DNA from: Ascoidea asiatica JCM 7603 | Taxonomy: Eukaryota > Fungi > Ascomycota | Assembly (NCBI GenBank): GCA_001600695.1 | Contig: BCKQ01000019.1 | Location: 1,111-44,557 of the forward strand | Direction of reading: 5' to 3' | DNA length: 43,447 nt | Shown: one piece after another, positions 22,800-33,981 of the stretch | Layout: every line of letters begins with the position of its first letter | Numbering within the stretch: the stretch's first letter is position 1 | The notes under the pieces: model-generated | Databases searched by the model: none | Told to the model about the DNA's origin: nothing | Seen by the model: the letters and a program-made list of their open reading frames with translations, nothing else | Position numbers and translations under genes: made by a program

Positions 22800-24524
22800 A
22801 TGGTTCAAATTAATTCAGTTAAATCTATTTCTTCATCATCTTCAAATTCTGATTCTAGCAATATTAATGAAGAAAAGGTTTTAAACAAACGTTTCACCCT
22901 CATAGCCATATTTGGTTTAGCATTTTCAATAACTAATACTTGGCTAGGTGTTGCTTCAGTTATGTCAACAGGAATAGATTGTGGAGGACCATTTTTAATT
23001 ATCTATGGATTATTAATCGTAAGTTTTTTTACATTATCCAATGCAATTACCATATCAGAATTTATTTCTATGTTCCCAAATAATTCTGCTGGACAATATT
23101 TCTGGACATATAAATTATCGCCTAAAAAATGTAGGAAATTTCTAAGCTTTCTTGTTGGAAATTTGACATGGATGGGATCATTAATTGTTTGTTGTTCAGT
23201 TTTTGCTACAATTGGTACAGGAGTTGTATCATTTTATGAATTAGCTCATCAAAATTCAGGTTATCAATATCAACGTTGGCATTCATTTTTATGTGCAGAA
23301 TTATTTAATATAGTTATTGCTTTATTAAATTGTTATGAAAAATCACTTGAAATTACATCAAATTTATGTTTATTTGGAACATTATCAGGATTTTTAATTT
23401 CAACAATTTCAATATTATCAGCCTCAAGTGGAAATTTTCGAAGTGCCCATTTTGTATTTATTGAATTTACAAATAAAACAGGTAAAAATGATGATTGTTT
23501 TGCTTTTATTGGAGGATTAGTTTTACCAGCTTTTGCATTTGGTAGTATTGATTCAGTAATTCATTTAACAGAAGAAATTAAACAAAATCATATACCATCA
23601 AAATTAATACCATTAACAGTAATCTTAACAGTAGTTTTAGGATTCATAACAAGTTTTATATTTGCAGTATCAGTATTTTTTTGTATTCAAGATTTAGATA
23701 AAGTTGTTGATGCAACATATCCAATATTAGAATTAGTTTATCAAGCATTTAATAAAAATCTTGGAGGTACATTAACATTAGGAATTTATTTAATTTTAGT
23801 TGGAATTTTAACTGCATTTGGCTCACAAACTTGGGCATCAAGAGTTGCATGGACATTTTCAAGAGATAATGGTATACCATTTTCAAAAGAATATTTTTCA
23901 AAAGTAAATAAAAAATGTAAATTACCAATTAAAGTTCATTTTTTAAATACATTTATTGTGGCATTATTGTTATTATTATTTTTAGCTTCAGATACTTCAT
24001 ATAATTCAATTATTTGTGGATCAATAATATTATTAAATTTATCATATGCAATACCTTCAATTTGTTTATTAATTAAAGGTAGAAGTAAACTTTCAAAACA
24101 TGGAATTAAACATGGACCATTTTGGATACAAAGTTATAAAATTGGATTAATTTGTAATATTCTAACAATTTTTTGGTCTATTTTTTGTTTAATTGTATTT
24201 TCATGTCCTTTTGAAATGCCTGTAAAAGCTTCAACAATGAATTATATTGTCTGTGTTTATGGAGGATTATTCATTTATTCTGTGCTTTATTGGTTTTATA
24301 GAGGAAAAAATGAATTTAAAGTCAAAACATATTTGAAGAATCAAAATAAAGATGAAGAAAAAATTAGTGCAGTTACATTAATTGATGATTTTTCGGATAA
24401 TGAAGAAAAGGATACAATATATCAGAATCAAGATGATAATAAAAACAATCTCATAAATGAAAAAAAAATGACTAAAACACCAGGTGATGCAGGAATAATA
24501 ATAAACAAAACAATCAGTGAATAA
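22800..24524 (+). CDS. APC-superfamily amino acid/choline permease (HNM1/UGA4-like)
   Basis: About 12 TM segments; FGLAFSITNTW, EFISMFP..AGQYFW, HLTEE, SRVAWTFSRDNGIPFS, SYAIP, MNY. Confidence 0.88.
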   Translation: MVQINSVKSISSSSSNSDSSNINEEKVLNKRFTLIAIFGLAFSITNTWLGVASVMSTGIDCGGPFLIIYGLLIVSFFTLSNAITISEFISMFPNNSAGQYFWTYKLSPKKCRKFLSFLVGNLTWMGSLIVCCSVFATIGTGVVSFYELAHQNSGYQYQRWHSFLCAELFNIVIALLNCYEKSLEITSNLCLFGTLSGFLISTISILSASSGNFRSAHFVFIEFTNKTGKNDDCFAFIGGLVLPAFAFGSIDSVIHLTEEIKQNHIPSKLIPLTVILTVVLGFITSFIFAVSVFFCIQDLDKVVDATYPILELVYQAFNKNLGGTLTLGIYLILVGILTAFGSQTWASRVAWTFSRDNGIPFSKEYFSKVNKKCKLPIKVHFLNTFIVALLLLLFLASDTSYNSIICGSIILLNLSYAIPSICLLIKGRSKLSKHGIKHGPFWIQSYKIGLICNILTIFWSIFCLIVFSCPFEMPVKASTMNYIVCVYGGLFIYSVLYWFYRGKNEFKVKTYLKNQNKDEEKISAVTLIDDFSDNEEKDTIYQNQDDNKNNLINEKKMTKTPGDAGIIINKTISE

Positions 24525-25295
24525 TAACAATACAAATACCAATCACGATTATAAAAATCAAATAAATTTAATTGAAAGTATTTGATTTAGATAGATATAT
24601 TCCTTGATTATTCCTTCGTTATTCTTTCCTTTTTTCGATGAATTGAAATTCAAATTTCCTTAAGCAAAATAAATTCATTTCTCTTTAAGTCTATTATTCT
24701 CACTATTTTTATCCAATTCATAATTTTTCTTTAAGTTTCACTTCATTCTTTAGCTGTAACATTTACCTAATATAAGTTTTCGAAAATCAATTCTTAGAGC
24801 TAAGTTAGTTTTATATTTTGTAATTTAATTCATATCATTTTTTTTAGACTCTTTAAAACCGATTAATTATCACTCCCTTCAATAGATGCTAAGGACTATC
24901 TAATTTATAAAACACAATTCCTTAATAGTTAATTATCATTTTCTTTAATAATAATGTAATTTATGAAATACATTCGCTTCTTTAATAATGTTCTTTGACA
25001 TACTTTTCTGTCTTCTCTTATCTTCCCGGGTCGGTTACACCAAAATGTAAAATTGCCACTCAACTCGATTTTGATTCAAACAAAAAAAAAAGACAATAAT
25101 TTATTTGGTTATGGAAATTGATTTAAACAGAAAATTGTACCAAAATTTAATAACAAATCACAATAACTATCAATATCAAGCAAATATTAAGCGATTATCA
25201 AGCAAATAAAACAAGGATATCAAATAAAAAACAATTGTGGCCAGATGAAATAATTCCAGTGGCGAAGACTGCTTATTATCTGATATCAATCTACA

Positions 25296-27542
25296 ATGGG
25301 TCAAGTTCTCTCCTCAGATTCTCAATCTAATCAAAGTAATCAAAATAATCAATTGTCTAATCAAAGACAGAATAATGGCTCAAATTTACAAATAAATGAA
25401 AAAGATTTGTATGATCTTTTCTCAAAGGCTGCTATTCATCAACTATCAATTTTAGAGCTAAATTCATTGAAGAAAAACTTTTATTTGGATGAATATATAA
25501 CAAAGTTTTCTAATTCTTCTGATAATAATCAAGATACTGATATTAATGAGAAATCAAAAAATGAGTTGATAATTGAACAAAATGAAAATGATTGTTTGAA
25601 TAGAATAATTTCTTTTAATGATATTTTTCATTTCTTAAATATTGAAAAGGATTCTAATGGAGATAATTTAGATTTACCAATCAAAAAAATTTTAATTAAT
25701 GCTTTCAAAAATTTATCTCTTTTCCCATTTTTAAATCCTTTTATAGACTTAGAATTAAATTCTGACTTGAATTTAAACTCCACTGTTAATTTAATTGAAT
25801 TCAATGATCATGGAATAACCTTCAGATCTTTAATAAAAATCATTGTTTTATTTAATAAAGAAAAGAGATTAAATTTATTAGGTAAAAATTATAACTTCAA
25901 TAAATTATTGTTCATACTATTCTCTAAAAATTTAGATATTTCTTTGAAAAATGAATCAAATATAATCTCAAATAAGTCAATTAATTCAAGTACTGTGAAT
26001 AGAATAAAGTGGCATCATTTAGATTTAATTAAATCATATAATGATATTAATATAAATCAACTTTTTATATCTTCACTGGATTTATTTCATATTATAAATC
26101 TTCTGCTTTTAATTAAATACTTCTATATTTTATCATCTTCAATTTCAATTTCAAGTTCAGAAATAAATTCTAATTTAAATCCATTCATTCCATATAATAA
26201 ATTTATTACTTTAAGTTTTTATAATAGTTTTAAAAGAAATTCATTTTCAATAATTAGAGCTATTAATCCAAAAATTCCAATTAAAGGTGCTAAATTTTTA
26301 CATAATCAAAAATATATTATAAATTATAATCAATTTAATAATTCAATTAATACTATATTACCAAATTTATTTAACATCTCTTTTAATTATTTATTAAATC
26401 CATTATTATTCTCAATTACTGAAAAAAAAATAAACTCAATTTATTTTGAAATTCAAGTAAAATTAAAAAATTTAAATGAAATTATTATACAAAATAATTC
26501 AAAATTATTATCACCCCAATTATTAACTCAATTATCAACTTTTTTAAGATTATCTTTACCAACAAGTAATGATAAAAGACCAAATATTAAAAATCTTAAA
26601 ATTTTATATACAGGTTCAAAACATGGATTCTCAATGAAATCTTTTGAACAAAAAGTATTCAATTGGAATTCTTCAACAATTTTATTAATTTCTGGAAAAA
26701 AAATAATAAATAATAACAAAAATAATAATAAAAGAAATTTTAAACTCGATAAATTTAATGAAAAATTTCCAAAATTTCATTCAAATGATACTCATAGTAA
26801 TAGTAATACTCAAAATAATATTACTGAGAGTAGAAATAGTAATAATAATTATAATCATAATAGTAATAGTAATGATGATAATGGTAATCATCAGTATAGT
26901 GAAAAATTAATTTTTGGAATATATATAACAGAAAAATGGAAAAAAACAAATAAATCATTTTTTGGTAATTCAAATAACTTAATATTTCAATTAAATGAAA
27001 TTCAAAATATATTCAAATCTTCATTTCAATCGAATTCAAAAGATATATCAGATCAAAATTCAAATATTAAAGAATATGGTTATTTTAATGTAATTGGAGG
27101 TGGAATTGGATTTGGAAATAAACAACCAATAATCAAAAATAATGAATTAGTTAAGTATCAACCTGGAAATGTTTCATTAACAATTGATAGTTCATTAGAA
27201 TTTGGAGTATTTCGACATATTGGAATTGGAGGAATTTATAAACCTGGAGTTATATATGAAAATAATAATGAATATAATATACAGAGTAATGAAGATCAAA
27301 GAAATTCGATAGATTCAATGGGAATTCCAAGTTTTGAAGATAAATTTATAATAAATGAAATTGAAGTTTTAGGAATTGGAAATGATGAAATTTTAAAAGA
27401 ACAAAAAAAACATTGGGAATGGGAAGAAAGAGAAAGTCTAAGAAGACAAGGGGTTAATGTAAAGAACTTAGGTGAAGATAGAGCCTTTTTGGAAATGGCA
27501 GGATTAATTGGTAACCATAATGCCTCAGGTGGTTCGATTTAA
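25296..27542 (+). CDS. RTC5: TLDc-domain protein Rtc5
   Basis: MGQxxS myristoylation-type start; LYTGSKHGFSMKSFEQKVFNW, GGGIGFG, SLTIDSSLEFG; C-terminal EDRAFLEMAGLIG..SGGSI. Confidence 0.88.
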   Translation: MGQVLSSDSQSNQSNQNNQLSNQRQNNGSNLQINEKDLYDLFSKAAIHQLSILELNSLKKNFYLDEYITKFSNSSDNNQDTDINEKSKNELIIEQNENDCLNRIISFNDIFHFLNIEKDSNGDNLDLPIKKILINAFKNLSLFPFLNPFIDLELNSDLNLNSTVNLIEFNDHGITFRSLIKIIVLFNKEKRLNLLGKNYNFNKLLFILFSKNLDISLKNESNIISNKSINSSTVNRIKWHHLDLIKSYNDININQLFISSLDLFHIINLLLLIKYFYILSSSISISSSEINSNLNPFIPYNKFITLSFYNSFKRNSFSIIRAINPKIPIKGAKFLHNQKYIINYNQFNNSINTILPNLFNISFNYLLNPLLFSITEKKINSIYFEIQVKLKNLNEIIIQNNSKLLSPQLLTQLSTFLRLSLPTSNDKRPNIKNLKILYTGSKHGFSMKSFEQKVFNWNSSTILLISGKKIINNNKNNNKRNFKLDKFNEKFPKFHSNDTHSNSNTQNNITESRNSNNNYNHNSNSNDDNGNHQYSEKLIFGIYITEKWKKTNKSFFGNSNNLIFQLNEIQNIFKSSFQSNSKDISDQNSNIKEYGYFNVIGGGIGFGNKQPIIKNNELVKYQPGNVSLTIDSSLEFGVFRHIGIGGIYKPGVIYENNNEYNIQSNEDQRNSIDSMGIPSFEDKFIINEIEVLGIGNDEILKEQKKHWEWEERESLRRQGVNVKNLGEDRAFLEMAGLIGNHNASGGSI

Positions 27543-27576
27543 GATTTAAATATCTTCAAATACATTTATTTATATA

Positions 27577-27580
<4 letters not shown>

Positions 27581-27611
<31 letters not shown>
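27581..27611. repeat. (TA)n microsatellite between convergent genes
   Basis: About 15 TA units. Confidence 0.9.
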
Positions 27612-27614
<3 letters not shown>

Positions 27615-27623
27615 GTTATTTTG

Positions 27624-28787
27624 TTATAATTTTGAATTAGAGAAAGTTTCATCAATATTAATAACTAATTTTTCACCAGAATTTTTACCAGATTTAATAT
27701 AATCAAGCATATATTCGACTTTATTTAAACCACCATGAACTAAATGAATTGGAATATGTTTAATTTTACCTTGAATTATAAAAGGTTCAATGAATTTTTT
27801 AAATTCAATCATTTTATTTCTTAAATTTTGATTAAGAGGTAATTTTATTATATCTAAATCAACTTGATAACCAAGAATTGAATACAACATTGTTATAATA
27901 ATTTTTACATTTTTTTTTCTTTGATTAATTGGAATATTATTTTCATTAACAAAAGTTAATTCAATAATTTTTACAGGCAATGAATCTGAAGAAATTAAAT
28001 TACATTGATTTAAAGTTTTTCTTCTACCAATACCATCAATGATATAAATTAATTTTTTATTTGTATAAGAGTTGATTTGATCAATAACATTGGTATCATG
28101 ATAATCAAAAACTTTATCAGCACCTAAAGATTTTAATAGATCTTCATTTTTTTTAGAAGAAGTTACAATAATTTCTGAAAAACAATTAAATAATTTAGCT
28201 AATTGAATTGCAGCTTGACCAAAAGCAGAAGAACCACCCCAGATGAATAAAGGGGTATTCAAATTATAATTAGGAATATTACCATTAAATATCTCATAAT
28301 AAATTGATAAACCAGCAGTTAAAATTGAAACATTTATAGAAGAAGCAGCTTCAAAAGAAGTAATAATATTTGGAGTTTCAATACTTTTATTAAGTAAATT
28401 TAAATTCTTTTTATAATTAAAGGTTAAATTTGAATCAATTATACAATATTGAGCAAAACCACCATTATATGGATTTTTTCTTGAAGAACCATGAACAATT
28501 GAAGAAACATAATCACCAATTTGAAATTGATTTGAGATGTTATTATTAACATTTGAACCAAGTTTTACAATAATTCCAGATACTTCACCACCAATAACAG
28601 CACCAATTGGAGGAATTTTTGAAATTAAATGTTTCCAATCTGTTGGATTGGCAGCAGAAGATTTAATTTTGATTAGAATTTGATTTTGATTTAATTTTTT
28701 TAATAATGGAAATTTTTTATTTAATTTTGGTTTATAATTTGATCCAACAATCACAGCATTTTGGTAATTTGGTACTTCTTCGTTCAT
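27624..28787 (-). CDS. Zinc-independent MDR / enoyl reductase-like oxidoreductase (YNL134C/YCR102C/YLR460C family)
   Basis: AANPTDWKH, GGFAQY, FIWGGSSAFGQAAIQLAK, LKSLGADKVFDYHD, SGEKLV. Confidence 0.88.
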   Translation of the reverse strand: MNEEVPNYQNAVIVGSNYKPKLNKKFPLLKKLNQNQILIKIKSSAANPTDWKHLISKIPPIGAVIGGEVSGIIVKLGSNVNNNISNQFQIGDYVSSIVHGSSRKNPYNGGFAQYCIIDSNLTFNYKKNLNLLNKSIETPNIITSFEAASSINVSILTAGLSIYYEIFNGNIPNYNLNTPLFIWGGSSAFGQAAIQLAKLFNCFSEIIVTSSKKNEDLLKSLGADKVFDYHDTNVIDQINSYTNKKLIYIIDGIGRRKTLNQCNLISSDSLPVKIIELTFVNENNIPINQRKKNVKIIITMLYSILGYQVDLDIIKLPLNQNLRNKMIEFKKFIEPFIIQGKIKHIPIHLVHGGLNKVEYMLDYIKSGKNSGEKLVINIDETFSNSKL

Positions 28788-28855
28788 TTTAAGATATTTT
28801 CAAAATGATATTCAATACAATACTGTATAAAATATTCAACACGATGTTCTGTAAG

Positions 28856-28895
28856 ATATTCCATAAGATATTCCATAAGATATTCCATAAGATAT
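28856..28895. repeat. 12-bp tandem repeat (ATATTCCATAAG) x3
   Basis: Directly visible upstream of the reductase gene. Confidence 0.8.
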
Positions 28896-29232
28896 TTATA
28901 CAATATTAAAGAATATGATATTGTAATCAAACAATATATTATTAGTCATATTTTATATATCCTTTATATTTTATTGTAGTGCAACCCCTCAGATTTACAT
29001 AGGAAAATAGAGTCATATGAAATCGAATGAAATAAGGTTAAAACAAGCTTAAATAAAGCAATGAATGTGATCAAAAGAAGTTCGAAGATGGAAAGTTAAC
29101 ATAATTTAGTAATTTGATATAATTTGAAATAAATTAGAGGAAATTGATATAAATTTAAAAATAACTAAAAGAATTAAAAAAGTATGTATATAATAATAAG
29201 TATATTTGTATATAAGTATGTAAGTACTTTTA

Positions 29233-30345
29233 TCACCAGTTGAGGGCTAAATTGGCTAATTTGATAGTAGATTCTTTTGAAGAAGCACCACCAATAAAAC
29301 CAGCAGAATGAACAAATATACAACCTTCAACACCAGATTTTATAGATAATTCATTATCTCTTAAACCTCTCCAAGGTTCAGGTAATGGTTTTCTACTTGT
29401 GAAAGAAGAAGAAGATATTGGTACAGCAGAAATTCTCCAATTTTTTGAAGAATCAGGAAATAAAACATAAAGAATATTATTTGAATTTGATAAATTTAAA
29501 TTTTTTTCAATTTCATAAAGATGTTCTTTCCATGGACAAAATTTATTTAATAATAAAATTCTACCAGATTTTGAAATTGATAATTTATTTTCAAAAGAAT
29601 TTAAAATAATTTTTTTTGCATTATACCAAGAATTATTTGAATTTAAAAAATTTAAAAATGCATTACCCATTAATTCACTTGCTTTTAAAAATTGATTAAA
29701 AAATTTTTGATCAATAATTGATTGAGGAGTATTATCATTATCATCATTATCATCCCAATTTGGATTTAAATTTGAAACTAAAGAAGGTAAATTTATATTT
29801 TTTGAATTAAAATTTGATATTAAATTATCTTGATTATTATATTCATAAATTCCATTATCATTTGCATCTAAAGATTCTATAAAATTATCATAAATTCTTT
29901 TATATAAAGTTTGAATTCTATCATTATCATTAATATAATTATTACCAATTGAAATTTTAATAATTTCTTTACCAAAATGTTTATAAATTAAACCTGCACT
30001 TGATAATTTTGTTTTATATAAATTATTATCAAAAGTTTGATTAAATTCTCTTTGATGATGATCAAAATATTTTTTACCATCATATTTACCACCAACATCA
30101 ACAACAATATCAGATAATTCCCAATCTTTTGGATTTCTTGATCTTATTAATTCAGCATTTTTAAATTTTGGTAATAATTTTAATAAAAAATATGATAAAG
30201 ATTCATCAGCATGAAAACTACCAGAATGAACACAAATTTTTAAAATTTTAGTAGTAGTTGAAGTAGTTGTATTAGTTGTAGTTGACATTTCATTAATTTG
30301 ATTATCTAATTTAATTCTTTTTGAACTTTTATCAGTTTCTTCCAT
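29233..30345 (-). CDS. MYG1: MYG1-family exonuclease (YER156C-like)
   Basis: HSGSFHADE, VVDVGG.YD..FDHHQR, KLSSAGLIYKHFG, DANDNG, PWKEHL, LPEPWRGLRD, FVHSAGFIGG. Start placed at the second Met (30345); the ORF is open up to 30540. Confidence 0.93.
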   Translation of the reverse strand: MEETDKSSKRIKLDNQINEMSTTTNTTTSTTTKILKICVHSGSFHADESLSYFLLKLLPKFKNAELIRSRNPKDWELSDIVVDVGGKYDGKKYFDHHQREFNQTFDNNLYKTKLSSAGLIYKHFGKEIIKISIGNNYINDNDRIQTLYKRIYDNFIESLDANDNGIYEYNNQDNLISNFNSKNINLPSLVSNLNPNWDDNDDNDNTPQSIIDQKFFNQFLKASELMGNAFLNFLNSNNSWYNAKKIILNSFENKLSISKSGRILLLNKFCPWKEHLYEIEKNLNLSNSNNILYVLFPDSSKNWRISAVPISSSSFTSRKPLPEPWRGLRDNELSIKSGVEGCIFVHSAGFIGGASSKESTIKLANLALNW

Positions 30346-30755
30346 TATATTTTTGAATTTCTTTGAATTTCCTTCAATTCTTTTACCAATTTCTTTACAA
30401 TTGACAAATAAAGTAATAAAATTGAAATTGAAATTTAATTGAAATTTAATTGAAATCAAATAATAAAAAAATAAATTCAAAATTTCAAAGTTTAAAAAAA
30501 TCAAAATTATCCGTGTCAGATCCGGAATTGAAATATCCATATCCTTGACTGTTTACATTAGTCAGCCGTGGCGTGGATCTTCACGGAAATCAAATCCACA
30601 CCGGATTATCTCCTTAGCCACACTGAGGGTGGTGCTCTGGCTGGTGCATCACCTGACCTGCTCGGGGTTTGCTCTGCTCTTCTTCTTTCTCTTTCTCTTT
30701 CTCGTTTCTTGTGGAGTGATCCTTTTTTGATACTTTCTGAAATATCTTCACCAAC

Positions 30756-30791
30756 AGAAGAAGAAGAAGAAGAAGAAGAAGAAGAAGAAGA
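30756..30791. repeat. (GAA)n microsatellite in the MYG1/PET100 divergent intergenic region
   Basis: About 12 GAA units. Confidence 0.9.
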
Positions 30792-30880
30792 GGAAAAGAC
30801 CCTTTAAGTAAGTTCATCTCCATGAAGGAAAGGTCTTATTGAAATAATTTAACAGAGAATCTTAATAGTAATCTTTAATA

Positions 30881-31183
30881 ATGCTTCGAAATATGTTTAA
30901 ATTTAAAATAAATAGATCCAAATTAGAAATATTTAGATTTGGATTTTATTTATTAACACCAATATATGTAATGTATTGGGTTGGTATTGATACAGATAAA
31001 AAATTTAATGTACCTGGATTTTGGCCAGATCCAGATACTTTAAATAAAATTCCAAAAGATCCTCATGAAATTCAAGCAGAATTAGCAAGAATGAAAGCTG
31101 CAAGAATTGCAAAAAGAAAAAGATTAGAAGAAAAAGCTGCTTCTCTTGGTATAGATCTTGATCAACTTGATAATAATAAATAA
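30881..31183 (+). CDS. PET100: Cytochrome c oxidase assembly factor Pet100
   Basis: 100 aa; KLEIFRFGFYLLTPIYVMYWVG single TM, FWPDP..LNKIP, charged helical C-terminus. Confidence 0.88.
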   Translation: MLRNMFKFKINRSKLEIFRFGFYLLTPIYVMYWVGIDTDKKFNVPGFWPDPDTLNKIPKDPHEIQAELARMKAARIAKRKRLEEKAASLGIDLDQLDNNK

Positions 31184-31249
31184 TATCTTTATAAATATCT
31201 TTATAAATATCTTTATAAATATCTTTATAAATATCTTTATAAATATCTT
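31182..31249. repeat. 12-bp minisatellite (AATATCTTTATA) x5.6
   Basis: Five perfect units plus a partial unit between the convergent PET100 and CAB5 stops. Confidence 0.92.
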
Positions 31250-31283
31250 GTAATATAAAATTCATATATTTTTATATAAATAA

Positions 31284-32012
31284 TTATATATATTTATTAA
31301 ATCTATTTGGAAATAATGAATTTTTAATAATTAAATAAATTAATTTAATTAAACCAATTGGCCAAATATATTGAAATAAATTTTGAAAAAAATTTAATTT
31401 AAATTCATTTAAATTCATTAATTTATCAATTTTTTTAAATAATTCCAATTTATTTAAATTATTTTCAATTAAAAAATTACTTTTTTTAATTTTTTCATTA
31501 ATTGATAATTGTGAATTAATTCTATTTTCTGCTTCAATTTTTGTTAATTTTAAATTTCTTTTTAATAATCTTTTTTTTTGAATTTCTTTATCACAATATA
31601 TTAAAATTATATATTCACAAAAATTTCTTAAAAATTTATTTTCAATTAATAATGGTATATCTAAAATTATAATTTTTTTAAAAAAAAAATATGAAATTAA
31701 AATTTTTTTTAAAATTTCAAAAATTATTATTGGATGAGTTATAGAATTTAAATAATTTAATTCATTTTTATTTTGAAATACAATTTTACCTAATTCATCT
31801 CTATTTAATTCATTATTATTTTCAAAATTTATTAAATTTGGTATATAATTAAAATGTTTTATAATTTTTTTATAAGCTAATTTTCCAGGTTTAACAATTT
31901 CTCTTGCAATTAAATCTCCATCAATAATCTCAATATCATATTTATTCTTTAAATATTCAGAAACTGTTGATTTCCCTGAAGCTATAGATCCAGTTAATCC
32001 CACAATCAACAT
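31284..32012 (-). CDS. CAB5: Dephospho-CoA kinase
   Basis: MLIVGLTGSIASGKSTVS P-loop, IDGDLIAREIV.PG, LNSITHP, LDIPLLIE, AENRINSQ. Confidence 0.95.
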   Translation of the reverse strand: MLIVGLTGSIASGKSTVSEYLKNKYDIEIIDGDLIAREIVKPGKLAYKKIIKHFNYIPNLINFENNNELNRDELGKIVFQNKNELNYLNSITHPIIIFEILKKILISYFFFKKIIILDIPLLIENKFLRNFCEYIILIYCDKEIQKKRLLKRNLKLTKIEAENRINSQLSINEKIKKSNFLIENNLNKLELFKKIDKLMNLNEFKLNFFQNLFQYIWPIGLIKLIYLIIKNSLFPNRFNKYI

Positions 32013-32298
32013 TATTCTCTCTTCTTATTCTTAATATACTTATTCTTGATATACTTATTCTTCTTAATATTGTATTCTTTATTCTAAACAAGTTGCTTCT
32101 CTCCTTTATTTCTTTCTTGTTTGTTTCTTGCTTTGATTAAATAAGGGAATACCGATTGGAGACCAGCACAACGGGTCTCCTCGACCAAAGCAACTACTGC
32201 TCAGTGCAAAATAAGTTAAGAAGTTTTTATTTATTGAATTCTATGAGAGTGTGAATATTTTGATAAGAAGTAAATAAATAATTAGATGAATAATTAGA

Positions 32299-32301
<3 letters not shown>

Positions 32302-32346
<45 letters not shown>
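32302..32346. repeat. (AAT)n microsatellite
   Basis: About 15 AAT units. Confidence 0.9.
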
Positions 32347-32350
<4 letters not shown>

Positions 32351-32392
32351 GAAAAGAAGAAAATAAGTAGTTTAATTTAAAATCTTTAATTT

Positions 32393-32941
32393 TTAATTTA
32401 AAATCTTATTCATCATTAAATATCTTAATCTTTCCTTTTCTTGTTTTTTTTTCTCTTCTAAAATTTGTTTCTTAGTTCTTCTGAATATCTTTTTCCTTTC
32501 AAAATTTTTATTATATGGATATTTATTTTTTGTCTTTGAATTTACATTTGCATTTACATTTGAATTTAATGTACTCTTGATTATTTTATTTTCATTATTT
32601 TTAATTTTTTCTTTATTATTTAATTTAATATTACCAAAAGAGATATGATTTGAATTTATAGTTTCTATATTTTTTATATTTTCTAAAGTTTCTAAAGTTT
32701 CTTTATTTACATTAATTTCTTCACTCGGCGTTGGAATAATTTGAAGTACACCAATCATATTTACCATTGGTTTTTTCATAATTATTTCATTATTATATAT
32801 TTTATCTTTATTCTGATCATTTTTACTTATATTATTATTGTTGTTACTTGTAACACTTTTTATATTAGATGTTGTAGTAGTTTTAGTAGTGGTGGTTAGT
32901 TGAAATTGAGAATGAAGCTGATGTGTTTCTTGTTCTTTCAT
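32393..32941 (-). CDS. Hypothetical low-complexity protein with basic C-terminus
   Basis: 182-codon ATG-started ORF, long for this AT content, filling an otherwise empty interval with a GC-rich island upstream. No recognised domain. Confidence 0.5.
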   Translation of the reverse strand: MKEQETHQLHSQFQLTTTTKTTTTSNIKSVTSNNNNNISKNDQNKDKIYNNEIIMKKPMVNMIGVLQIIPTPSEEINVNKETLETLENIKNIETINSNHISFGNIKLNNKEKIKNNENKIIKSTLNSNVNANVNSKTKNKYPYNKNFERKKIFRRTKKQILEEKKKQEKERLRYLMMNKILN

Positions 32942-33926
32942 TTTATTAAACCAACTAGACGTCTACCAAAGTTTTATTCTTTCTTACTCTTCTTTTCTAT
33001 CTAAACTATTCTTCTTCAATATCTTCAATATCTTCAATATCTTCAGTATCTTTAGTACCTGTCTTACTTTTAATCAGAGCTAAATCTTAGAGTAGTCTAG
33101 CAGCAGTATTCACTGGTGATCTGTGCAAGTAATGGCTGTATTCTATTCTCTCTCTTCTCTCTCTTCTCTTCTGTATCTACTCTTCTCTCTCTTCTCTTCT
33201 CTTCTATCTTCTATCTACTCTATCTTCTCTTCTCTATCTTCTCTTCTCTTCTCCTTCTCTTTTCTTCATTTTTCACTTTCTTCGTTTTTCTCGCATTTTC
33301 TTCAAATCTTCGCTAATTCAAAATTTCAACTCTCCTCAGAAAAATTCCCAAATCAGAAAACTTTCGCACCCGCACTTGCCACAACACGCCTGCTATTGCT
33401 TGTTTAGGGTGTTTAAAGCCTCTTTTCCCTAAAACCTTTTTCACCCTGCCGGAACCAGCCACATGTGGCTTATTTCCGTGCTCAGGATCCGCTCTCTAAA
33501 TCCACGCCTGAACCGGCCTTGAATAATTTCACAGCTCCAAGAAACAAACAAACAAACACAAATACATCAAATACATCAAATAAAGCTGAATATAAACAGA
33601 AAAAAGAATTAAATACAATCAGAAATGTAATGAAAAGTCTATGACAATCAAGATCAATTGAATAGAATATCTCTATTGTTGTTAAATCAGTTATTAAGTC
33701 CAAGAATATCTTCATGCTTTAGAAACTGAATGTTATACAATTAGTGATTTGAAATATGTAATGAAATTCAAAAAGTATATTTATCATTAAAATGAAAAAA
33801 AATTGTATATTGAATTGAAATATTATGAAATAATAATGATTTGAAAAAATTAATAACAAAAATAATGACCATTACCAACAACATGAAACCCCCTTTAAAT
33901 ATATAATAATAATCTAATACTTTAAA

Positions 33927-33966
33927 TGAAATTGAAATTGAAATTGAAATTGAAATTGAAATTGAA
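33927..33966. repeat. (GAAATT)n hexamer repeat
   Basis: About 6-7 units just downstream of the large minus-strand gene. Confidence 0.85.
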
Positions 33967-33981
33967 AATAAAACTAGAATT

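Noticed and set aside
21047-26110. CUG codon reassignment
   Set aside because: The few in-frame CTG codons noticed are in poorly conserved or hydrophobic positions, so the code cannot be inferred without alignments.
30346-30540. 65-aa hydrophobic N-terminal extension of Myg1
   Set aside because: It reads like translated T-rich 5' UTR, and family similarity starts well downstream. A dual-targeting isoform cannot be excluded without TSS data.
30545-33715. Short ORFs at 30545-30823, 31005-31265, 33116-33407 and 33482-33715
   Set aside because: Products of (GAA)n, 12-bp and CT-rich repeats, or of antisense overlap.
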